From: Porphyridium purpureum | Taxonomy: Eukaryota | Assembly: GCA_008690995.1 (NCBI GenBank) | Contig: VRMN01000005.1 | Coordinates: 124,001 to 188,000, forward strand | Direction: 5' to 3' | Length of the DNA stretch: 64,000 nucleotides | Shown: positions 20,609 through 29,937 of the stretch, piece after piece | Numbering within the stretch: the first letter of the stretch is position 1 | Layout: the number at the start of each line of letters is the position of its first letter | The notes under the pieces: generated by a model | What the model was told of the DNA's origin: nothing | What the model saw: only the letters and a program-made list of their open reading frames with translations | Databases searched by the model: none | Translations under genes and position numbers: made by a program

Positions 20609-22639
20609 CAACAACAACAGCAGCAGCAGCAGCAATTGCCACAAGGACCATCGACTGGGCCGTCCGCGCGAGGACGAGGGAGAGGTGGCGCGCTTGCTGC
20701 TGCTCAAGCGCAACCAAGAGGCACAGCGCCGGCTGCTTCGTACGAAATGGCGCATATGCAACAAGCGGGCGTCACCTCAGGTCAGCCGGGTCAGGGACGG
20801 TCACTTGTACCAGGTTCTCAGAATGCGGATCAGACGAATCTTCCGCCACCAGTTGCCGCCAGCGCGACCACGGTCGGCTCAGGAGACCGGGACGAGTTCT
20901 GGAACTATCTCGATACGATGCAAACAAATTATCGACAAAAGCTGCGTGAAATAAGCCCAGATTTGATCGGCTTGCTAACAAGGATGGAGAATAAGGATCG
21001 TCTCGTTCGACATCTCAAGGACTGCTTGAATATTTTAGACCTTGCGCGTGGAACTGATCTACCAGACAAGTACAATCTGACGCTACTGCGGCAGGTCGAA
21101 TCGTTTATCACGTACTTGTTCAGACACTATCAAGATTACCGGGCCAGGCGTGGTCATTCTGGGAGTGCCACTGCACCAGCACAATCGCAACCTCAAGGCC
21201 AGCAGCAAGGAGGTACCGTGGCTTCGAGCGGTTCCCATCAGCCAGGATTGGGTCCACCGGTCGGAATGCCGACGAAGGATGGTACTAGCACTAATCCTGC
21301 CAGTACCGCCAGCGTCAGGCAGCCTCAAGGTCTCACATCACAGCAGGGGGTAGCCGCCGAGCCAGTGCATCTGGCGCAGAAGCCTCAGCAGTTGCCGACA
21401 GGTAGCAGGCTCGCGCCCATGCAGGCTGCCGCGACGACTGGGGTGCCTCAGCAGCAGCAGCAACTTCAGCAAGCACCTCGCTTTCCTGTGCCGACCGCAG
21501 GTGGAGGCGGTGGCTTGCGTCCGTCGACGGCCGTGGCAGTCGCACCTGTACATAACGGAATGGCGGCCGGGCCTGGAAATGTGAATTTCAACTATGCCGG
21601 CCCGACGGCGTCGACATCGTCCACGTCCAGTTTAGGCTCGCAGCGACGTGGATCCAAGCGCGGTCGCGGGTCGCGTGGCGGCCGCGGTGGCCGCGGCGCA
21701 GCTACTGCCGGGCGGTCTCCGCAACCGCCGCAAATCCAAGTTCCGTTGAATGCTTCTGCCGTCGCGCCAGTATCGATTGCGCCGCAACCGCCGCCTTCCG
21801 GAACGGTCGCGCCTGGAACGGGCGTTCCGCCGGCAGCGCCTGGTGGAGCGCCACCCTCGGGCAACTCACTCAGTGGACAATACATCAAGGAAAGTCTGTT
21901 GTTCATGGACCAGAACATGCACAGTGCGGCAAAGATTGTACAAGGTATACCAAAAGCAGTCGATGAAGAGGTGAAGCGCAAGCGCCGGGAAAGAATCACG
22001 TTGACTTTTCAGCTCATGGTGAGCTTTTCATGGCAGACTTTGTCAAGACAGCCAGAAAGCACTGAGCTGCGCAAACATCTTTTGGGATTTGATGCGGACG
22101 TAATGCCCCCAAAGCTCCCTTTACCTGGCGGCCCTTCCAATTCAATTAGTGTAGTTCCAGACACGAGCCACGCAGCGGGAAGCTCAGAGGCTGATGCTGC
22201 CATGGTGGCGGGAGGCTCGTATAACGTGCAACAAGTTGCCGCCGCTCAGAGGTACAAACTGTCACAGAACGTGCGTCGTCTGCGTGAAAAGATCGAGGCC
22301 GAGTGCAGCGCAGCCAAGGGACGTAACCCACTTCTGGTCCTGCATTTGTACGACGAATTCGGTCTTCCGCTGGTAGTGTGCCAGCTGGACATTCCGCTGA
22401 TTCAGTTTCCGAGCTTGATTGTGCGCGTTCCACGCACGTATCTGAATGGCGAAAACCCTATAGTGATTTTTGAGCGGCCGCCCATGGGCTGGTACGGCGC
22501 CGAGAAGCAGGCGCGAGCCAAGTTTTACGAAATGGTGAGCTCGTCGCGGAAAAGCCTGGCGGTGTCTGAGGTGCTTGATATTTGGGCCAAGGAAGCCGAC
22601 GCTGCTGCGAGCACGTTGCTTTGCTCTTTCCCGATTTGA
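19505..22639 (+). CDS. MED15: Mediator subunit 15-like protein (KIX_2 domain, polyQ)
   Basis: N-terminal WRNEMSADQRQRV..FERKAFDKARSRDEYL is KIX-like. Long Q-rich tracts and a folded C-terminal domain (LIVRVPRTY..P). Confidence 0.8.
20558..20635 (+). repeat. CAG/CAA trinucleotide repeat encoding Q26
   Basis: 26 consecutive CAG/CAA codons. Confidence 0.9.
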
Positions 22640-22950
22640 GATAGAAGACGCGCTGCATAAGCGCAGTATCGTACTGGACTTACTCGGTGCCTATGGAGTT
22701 GTCCCTTTTATTTTGCAGGCGCGTGACGGCAAATAGTTGGAACGGTGTAGCAATCATGTTTGTCGGCCACTGAGTAGATTATATCGATTCGAGGTAAAGG
22801 GGAAGGAAAAAAGAAGGAAAGACCTATTGACCGTTTAGCAGCGAGCTCAAACGGTAAATTTGGAGACTCGTCAAAATGCATGTGAGGCTAGGTGGCTGCA
22901 GCAGATCAGGACTGCCTTGAAATCGTAACATTCTTGTGCGGCTCTCTCTC

Positions 22951-24387
22951 TCACAAAAGATTAGTAAGATGCATTCGAATTTTCCGAAACGTAAGGTTTG
23001 TCTGTTCTGCGCACGCTGCGTCGTCTGCAATTCGTCGCGCTCCGACCATACTTGCAAGCGTCTTTTCCGCCGGGAGACACCTCTCCACCAGCTCGCTCAG
23101 AAACAGGCCGTATGCTTTGACTTCTATTGTCTCGAATGTGCTGCCGCCAGTCGCAAGCCGGTCATAGAAGAATGAGGCACCAAAGTCACACAGTACGGCG
23201 CGTGACGCCGCGCGATCAAAGATGATATTGTGAGCGTAGAAATCGCCGTGCATCACATTCAATTGCTCGTGCAAATACTGCAACGCATCCGCCATCTGCA
23301 ATGCAACCTGGAGCACACATGCCGCGCTGAAAAAGCCACCCAAATCAGCTTTCCATCGAGACCGCAAATAACTGGAAAAGTCTGGTCGATCCGCAAGCGT
23401 CGTGTCTGGAATCCTATTCATAATGAGACCTACAATCTCTGAATCGATGTCGCGCACGAGAGCGCGCACGCAGGTGATATTGGGGTGGTCGATGCATGCT
23501 GAAACGGCGATTTCATCGTCCTTCTTTCCATCTGGCGATACGACTGCTCGGAACAGCTTGCAGCACAGCCGCTCGTGGCCATCTGGGCCGCCACTTTCCC
23601 ATACTTTCGATAATGAGGCAATAAAGACGTCTCCCGAAGCACCAGAGCCTAGAGCGTCGCCGATCTCCACGTCAGATCGCGCGACGACGGTCAGTGTAGA
23701 TGCGCGCGCACGCAGCGTTTCTGCGAACTCGTTGCCAGCCGAAAGCGACGCACACAATGGATTGGACGAGAGGGTCAGCCACTTTAGCCTGGGCGCGTGC
23801 GCTATGACCGGACTGAGTTCCGCGATGTCATTCGATGCTAGTCGGACTAGCTCCAGCGACTCGCATTGCGCTAATTTATCGGGGAGGCGCTCGAGGCGGT
23901 TGTCTGCAGCCTGCAGTTTCCGCAGCGCGCGAAGCCCACATATCTCGTCCGGGAGCGATACCAGTCTATTGTCTGTCAAAAACAAGCCCTTGAGCTGGCG
24001 CAGAAGACCAATGGTGGGTGGCAGCCGGACGAGCAGATTTGACTTCAGGCCCAAGTTTTCGAGCTGTGCGAGCTCGCCGATCTCCGGTGGCAGTTCCTCG
24101 ATACGATTCGCCATAAGATTGAAAAAGGTGAGCGAAGTGAGCAAACCAATCTGCCGTGGCACCGACTGTATCTCATTGTGCGCGAGGTCGAGCACCCGCA
24201 AGGACGTGGCACACTTTGCCAGCTCCTCCACCACGTTCGCCGGCAGCGTGCGCAGGCCACATCTTTGCAACCTGATCTGCCGCACGGCCGCGATGCCCTG
24301 CGCGTCATACAGCGCCCGGCTTTCCTCATCTTGGTTCATCCGAAGCCATCCATCGACGCCATCCTTCCAGTGTGCGGACTCCATCAT
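22951..24387 (-). CDS. Leucine-rich-repeat Ser/Thr protein kinase (bacterial-type LRR-kinase family)
   Basis: About seven LxxLxLxxNxL repeats, then LGSGASGDV, CKLF, HGDFYAHNI and DFG. Confidence 0.85.
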   Translation of the reverse strand: MMESAHWKDGVDGWLRMNQDEESRALYDAQGIAAVRQIRLQRCGLRTLPANVVEELAKCATSLRVLDLAHNEIQSVPRQIGLLTSLTFFNLMANRIEELPPEIGELAQLENLGLKSNLLVRLPPTIGLLRQLKGLFLTDNRLVSLPDEICGLRALRKLQAADNRLERLPDKLAQCESLELVRLASNDIAELSPVIAHAPRLKWLTLSSNPLCASLSAGNEFAETLRARASTLTVVARSDVEIGDALGSGASGDVFIASLSKVWESGGPDGHERLCCKLFRAVVSPDGKKDDEIAVSACIDHPNITCVRALVRDIDSEIVGLIMNRIPDTTLADRPDFSSYLRSRWKADLGGFFSAACVLQVALQMADALQYLHEQLNVMHGDFYAHNIIFDRAASRAVLCDFGASFFYDRLATGGSTFETIEVKAYGLFLSELVERCLPAEKTLASMVGARRIADDAACAEQTNLTFRKIRMHLTNLL

Positions 24388-25889
24388 CGCCCTTTACAAC
24401 AGCTCTATCTATCTATCCATGTCCCATCGGGCAGGACAATCTGGCCTTCAGCAGCTGGCTTTCCACTTGCACCACGCTGCCACAACACGCCGTTTCAGAG
24501 GGCGGCTGCAATAAACGTCCACTGTACACTACTGACAACTTTACCCCAGCGAGCAACAGTACCGTCGTTTCAACGATCACGGAATTGAACTGGATTTACG
24601 CCACACACGATTCATTTCTATCAAAACACAGGTATTCTGTATTCACCGGCAAAAATCATGCGGCGCAAGCGCTTTGCTAGCAAAATATTATTTTATTTCG
24701 CAGAATTAAAATTCGGCAATTCGGATGATGAGTGGATGATGCAAAATCGCGGAGTGCATGTCTGTGTGCGGTATTGGCGCATTTATCACGATTACTGGCT
24801 GAACGGAACACGCAGCGCGTAGATCGCAGGTTCGAGCTCCTCCATCAAACGCTGACCTTCACACAAGACCTGATGGCCTCTCACATCATACTCTGCACGA
24901 CGCGAGTGCGGCGCCGTAGCTCCTCGTCCCACGCGTTTGGTGGCGACGCGGTCGTGCTCACCACGTGCACGTCCGGCACGCGGCGCAGCCGCACGCAACG
25001 CAGAGATGCGTGAATGCAGTCGCTGCCAGGATACAGCGCGGCGCATGCGCGCGACCCGCATTACGGAAACAGCCCGTGTTCCGTAGTACGCGGTGCGGCG
25101 CCTGCGAGATCATCGATGAGCGCTTTCCGTCCGCATCGCCTCGGAAGGCGCGGCGGCGGCAGCTCTTCCGCTTTTCCAGCAAGCTCGCCACCATCACACC
25201 CTGCTACAGCAACGAATTCCCCGCGTGCCGTGGCATACTTACGCGGTCGACACGTGGTCGCGCGTGCCGTGCGTCAAAGTGCAACTCACGCGGTGCCGCC
25301 GCGACGCTGTGCGCTGCCAGCGTCCGCGTGACCCTCTTGAGCGCGGTGCCATCCGAGCAGCGACCTTTGCGTGTTCAGTAGCGAGAAACGCGATGGCCAG
25401 ACACCAACCGCCATGACCCGGTGGTGGTGGCATGCCGCTCCGAATCGCACTGAACAACGAACGCGTAGCGCACGAAACGGCTCGATTCGCGATTCCTTAT
25501 TCGCTATGCGGTCATGTGTGGCAGACACAACTGGCGTTGCGTACGCAGTTGGCTGGATTTACGACAGCGGACCGTGTTGGATGAACACAGGTGGTGGAGG
25601 AGGGAAGGCGAACGGGGGAAGGAGGGGTTTGTGAGCATCGTACGCACGTCGCTTCCTTTTGCGTGGGTGGTTTGGTGGGTTGGAGGGGAACCTGCCCGCA
25701 GCTAAGCGTGCGCCGAGGCACAGGGGAGGTAAGGGGATGCGCGCATATGCACGTGTATGCATAACAGGGTGAAAGTGGGCAATCGCGGACGCGAGGGACA
25801 AGGTGCGAACGGGCCAGTTGGGAGGCGCAAAGCAGTGATTGAGCGTGGCAACGACGCATAGAGTTGGGCTCGTGGGAGAAACGCACAGG

Positions 25890-27758
25890 ATGGAAGAAAC
25901 GGAGTCAAAGTCGGGCTCGTCGACTCCGACTTGGACGCAGCGGCTGACGAGCGCGAGCAGCCTGAAGGGCTTGTTGCCTTCGTCTGGGAGCAAGAAGAGT
26001 ATCCAGTCGTCCAGTAGCCAAAGGTCGTTGGTAAGCTCCGCCAGTTTGAAGGTATCGAAAAGTAAGGGCGACTTGACGATGCCTGACCGCACTGTGTCGG
26101 CAGGAGACCGGCACGCGCAGGCCGAGCCCGTCGGTGCCTCCGCCCGGTCGGGTCGCGTCGCCGGGTCGCAAACCGCGCCTGGCCAAAAGGAAGTTGCTTC
26201 AGAAACAGACCTCGGCAAGCACATGAAACAGGCTCCATCGATACGAGGCCCCCAAGTCGCAGGCACAAAGGAGTCAGTGTCCGATGTAAATCTCGGCTCA
26301 AAGATGAAGAAGGTCACGGTTGGCGTTCCCGCGCAGCAAGCAAAAGTGGAGCTCAAGCCATCGTCTGCCACCGTCCAGTCTCCTGCACAGGCGCGGCCTC
26401 CCGATCAGCTCCCTCGCATGCCTTCTTCAGATCCTACACAGAATGGGTCGGCCATGCGTGCGCTTGTCAAGTCTGTGTCAAATGATGCAGCGCTGACGAC
26501 ACCATTAAAATCCAGTGTCGAAGATGGCGCGTCGCGCATCTCACAAAAGTCGACTCCGGAAGCGCTGGCAAATGCGGAATTGGCCGCAGCGTTTGATGAA
26601 GATGCGCCTTCGCGAGGCGGCTTCGACAAGAAGGCGAGCAAGCGAGCGTCAGCAGTTTTGCCGTTTCTCAAGAGCAGCAAGGGGTCGTCTTCAAGTCGTC
26701 TGAGTAAGCGAGGCTCGAGGGACGGGTCGGAGTCTGCGAGTCCGCGTGACCATGCGACAGCGATTAGCAAGAAAGGCTCGATCGACTCTCAACTTGGCAA
26801 GGCATTTGTGCGCAAGGCATCAGGAGACGGGCCTATTGGTGTTCAATTCGACAAGCCTGATCTGGATAAGGATGTTGAGCTTGAGGAGATCGATGTGACG
26901 GGTGATAGCTACTTCTTGCGTCACAGCAGCAAGAAAAACCCGATCAAAGAGCCGCCGCACCTACCCTACGCACCGTCAGGACAGGACCGTGACTGGGTAA
27001 CAAACTTGGAGGCCATGCTTCACAACGGGCTTCGTCGCGTTCTGCAAGATACATTTTACTGCCTCGGCAGTTTGTCGAAGCGGTCGTTCTTCATTACGAG
27101 CGACGACATAGACGACTTTTTGGACTACTTTGACGAAGTCTTGTGGTACTTGCGAATCTTGCACAACATGAAGGAGGAGGTGCACAAATTTCTCAGAGAT
27201 AAGGGCATGGACGACTCAAGCTATCCGAAGGCATTTCGCTATCATGACAGACATGCAACATGGAATAGGGCGTTCAAATCCTTCGAGGAAGCAAGCGACA
27301 AGTATGCTAATGGCGGATCGTCGCTCCCTCCCGGTGAGGCGCTCAAAAAGCTAGTCGAACACTTTTCTCTCACTTGTACTGCACTGCTTAACCACATATA
27401 TGGCGACGAGAATGCAATGCCGCGCGTTTTAAACGCCAAGTGTGAGCAGTCTGACGAGAAGGAGATAATCAAACGATGTGTGGCATTCATCCATGGCCAA
27501 AAAGAAAGCTCGCATCGCGTTTTTATTTTTATGACGCGCTGGGTGGAGGACCGCAAGGGCTCGTTCGTGTTAAAGATGTGGAATACGGAGAACTTAAGTG
27601 TCGGAAGGCTGGCTGAGAACCGAAAATGGAGAAAAGAATATCAGGAAGCACGAACCGAGTTCAAGTATTCCTACAGCAAGACCTTGCACGAGTACTTCAA
27701 GGCGTGGAACGAGTTTGAAATGGGAGCTCTCAACGCAAGGCCTGTAAGTGACCGCTAA
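25890..27758 (+). CDS. Protein with disordered Ser/Lys-rich N-terminus and C-terminal hemerythrin-like helical domain
   Basis: About 622 aa. HNGLRR, HNMKEE, HDRH and NHIYGDE show the H..HxxxE..H..HxxxE spacing of HHE/hemerythrin folds, in degenerate form. Confidence 0.6.
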   Translation: MEETESKSGSSTPTWTQRLTSASSLKGLLPSSGSKKSIQSSSSQRSLVSSASLKVSKSKGDLTMPDRTVSAGDRHAQAEPVGASARSGRVAGSQTAPGQKEVASETDLGKHMKQAPSIRGPQVAGTKESVSDVNLGSKMKKVTVGVPAQQAKVELKPSSATVQSPAQARPPDQLPRMPSSDPTQNGSAMRALVKSVSNDAALTTPLKSSVEDGASRISQKSTPEALANAELAAAFDEDAPSRGGFDKKASKRASAVLPFLKSSKGSSSSRLSKRGSRDGSESASPRDHATAISKKGSIDSQLGKAFVRKASGDGPIGVQFDKPDLDKDVELEEIDVTGDSYFLRHSSKKNPIKEPPHLPYAPSGQDRDWVTNLEAMLHNGLRRVLQDTFYCLGSLSKRSFFITSDDIDDFLDYFDEVLWYLRILHNMKEEVHKFLRDKGMDDSSYPKAFRYHDRHATWNRAFKSFEEASDKYANGGSSLPPGEALKKLVEHFSLTCTALLNHIYGDENAMPRVLNAKCEQSDEKEIIKRCVAFIHGQKESSHRVFIFMTRWVEDRKGSFVLKMWNTENLSVGRLAENRKWRKEYQEARTEFKYSYSKTLHEYFKAWNEFEMGALNARPVSDR

Positions 27759-28062
27759 ATGGTATCATTTTCGGCGGAAAGCAGAGATCGCCTGCATGAC
27801 TACCACTAACAAGACGTATTCTGTTATGATTGATATCTCGTCATTTAATTTTCCTTTCACGCCACTCCGTGGGCTGATTGCATTGATTTTTGTCTCACAC
27901 GTATTCAAGGGTCAAGGCGCAGTCATCATCGCATATCTGGTCACTCTCAGGCGGCCGTTCAAGACCTCGAAAGCAAATTTGCTGAGCTTCTAGCGAGCGA
28001 GACCAGTTGAAGCGATCTTGTCCACTCCGGTAGCAACAAGTCCTCAGCAAAAACATCACTGA

Positions 28063-29937
28063 TCAGAGAGAGGCCTTTTCGGTCATTTCCAGAGCTAAGA
28101 ACAAGGCAAAGGGAATCAGACCCATCTGTGACGTATCGCGCCCGAAAATTTGACTCCGAAGCCAGTCAAATAGCACGAGGACACGATTGCGGAATGACAC
28201 TTGTTTGGTCAAATACACGCTGCGCCAGAGGAGGAAAGCAAGTGTACCAGATGCGCCTCCAAGTTTTAAATCACCTGCTTCGACGTCCGCGATCGCCTTA
28301 CTGTCTCCAACATACGCGAGAATACCCAACGAGAGAAACTCGAAAGGTCGCGCGTTCTTGAAAGCCTGCCCCTTTTCGCGAAGGCTCTCCAGTGCCTGGC
28401 CACTTATAGTGTTGTTCAGTTCCCTCGGGAGAATAACCGGAACTTCACACGCCAGGCACACATTTTTGTTGAGCAGACGAGACACATACGAGCCCTGCTG
28501 GGCGGCCACCTGGCCCGTTGCCGGAAGCGGCCGCTTCTCCGCAACTGCACAGTCACCAAAGGCAAATGTGTTGTTCATGCCTTTCACGCGCTGCCACTCA
28601 TCGATCACCAATCTGCCCTTGGCATCCTTCTGCTGCGGCACTCGCGCAATGAGGCTAGAAACCAGCGGATTTGTGCCAATGCCTGCAGCCCACACGCACA
28701 AACCGTACGGAATTTTCGATCCGTTCTTCAAAGTGATGGTTGTATCATCCATCGCGACTACTCGCGCGTCCGTCACCACATCGATCTGTGTCTTGCGGAA
28801 ATTATCAAGCGCCTTGGCCTGCAGCGCCTCGTCAAACTGAAGCAAGATGGATGAGCCAGAGTTCAACAGCTTCACCTTGGTGTCCACCATCAGGCGAGGA
28901 TAGTATTTCTTCAGATCGCTGCGCAGAAAGTCTGACAACTCAGCGGAAAATTCGCATCCGGTAGGCCCACCACCCACGACAGCGAATGTCAGCAGTCGCT
29001 CGCGCTCCTCGGCAGACACATTCGGCAAGTTTGCAGCCTCGAATTGGTCAATGATGCCCTTGCGAATCTCCTTCGCGTCAGACACTTCCTTCATAAAGTG
29101 TGCGTATTCTTCCACACCGGGTGTGTTGAAAGTGTTGGTCGGTGCACCCACACCGAGCACGAGATAATCGTAGTGCTGTTCGAAAGTGTTTCCACGCAAA
29201 TTCTTGCAAAGCAGGACCTGGTTTTCTTGATCAATGTTCTCACATGTGGCTTCAAAGTAGGTAACGAACTCGTTACTGACGCGTACCGGCTCCAAGATGC
29301 TGCGGAACTCGACCGTGCCAACTGCCGTGGACGCCAGCATCGGCGTGAACAAGAAGTGGTTCCTGGGGGATATCACCACCACGTCATACTTGTCCGTGTC
29401 GATTGTCTTCACGAAGGCGTGACCGCCCCACCCAAAGCCCAGCACACATACTACGGGCTTCGTTGCCTGCGCCAACTTGGCGAGCGTTTCGTTGCGCTTG
29501 AACTTTCGAGAGTAGTGCAGCACCACGTCATTGATCGTGTCGACCGTGCGATATCTGATCATCTCCAACGTGCTTGACCTAGGCGCTTCAAACTGTATGG
29601 GCTCCGGCACGGCAATCTTCTTGGTCACGTCGCGTTCGAGCGTGCGGATGCCTGCCGCTGGCTTTCCGTCCGTGTCGCTGGCCGCCCTACCATTGCCATT
29701 TGCCTTTGCCTTTGTTTCGCCGGCCACTGGCGCGGCGCTTCTGCCCTTCCCATCCGCCTCTGGCGCCGCCTCCTTCTGCTCCTGCTCCTGCACACACCGC
29801 CACACGCGCGCGCGGCGACACGGCCTTGCCGCGGGCGTCCTGTACGGCGTCCACCTCGCCGCGTCCGCGCTGCCAAAGCCTCGTACGAGCGCGTTCCCCG
29901 TCTGCGGCACCACTCCCGCACACCAACACAGCGACAT
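28063..29937 (-). CDS. Type II (alternative) NAD(P)H:quinone oxidoreductase NDH-2, organelle-targeted
   Basis: VLGFGWGG, SPRNHFLFTPML, VVGGGPTGCEF, FAFGD, PATGQVAAQQG, WRSVYLTKQVSFRNR..FGRD. Transit-peptide-like N-terminus. Confidence 0.95.
   Translation of the reverse strand: MSLCWCAGVVPQTGNALVRGFGSADAARWTPYRTPAARPCRRARVWRCVQEQEQKEAAPEADGKGRSAAPVAGETKAKANGNGRAASDTDGKPAAGIRTLERDVTKKIAVPEPIQFEAPRSSTLEMIRYRTVDTINDVVLHYSRKFKRNETLAKLAQATKPVVCVLGFGWGGHAFVKTIDTDKYDVVVISPRNHFLFTPMLASTAVGTVEFRSILEPVRVSNEFVTYFEATCENIDQENQVLLCKNLRGNTFEQHYDYLVLGVGAPTNTFNTPGVEEYAHFMKEVSDAKEIRKGIIDQFEAANLPNVSAEERERLLTFAVVGGGPTGCEFSAELSDFLRSDLKKYYPRLMVDTKVKLLNSGSSILLQFDEALQAKALDNFRKTQIDVVTDARVVAMDDTTITLKNGSKIPYGLCVWAAGIGTNPLVSSLIARVPQQKDAKGRLVIDEWQRVKGMNNTFAFGDCAVAEKRPLPATGQVAAQQGSYVSRLLNKNVCLACEVPVILPRELNNTISGQALESLREKGQAFKNARPFEFLSLGILAYVGDSKAIADVEAGDLKLGGASGTLAFLLWRSVYLTKQVSFRNRVLVLFDWLRSQIFGRDTSQMGLIPFALFLALEMTEKASL

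Noticed and set aside
23402..24514. 370-aa plus-strand ORF
   Set aside because: Antisense shadow of the LRR-kinase; Ser/Arg-rich with no domain.
25235..25246. U1 snRNA-like 5' end ATACTTAC
   Set aside because: It continues GCGG rather than CTG, and no U1 stem-loops or Sm site follow.
24732..25500. Several short overlapping ORFs between the LRR-kinase and the hemerythrin-like gene
   Set aside because: Arg/Ala-rich translations typical of GC-rich non-coding DNA, with no motif support.
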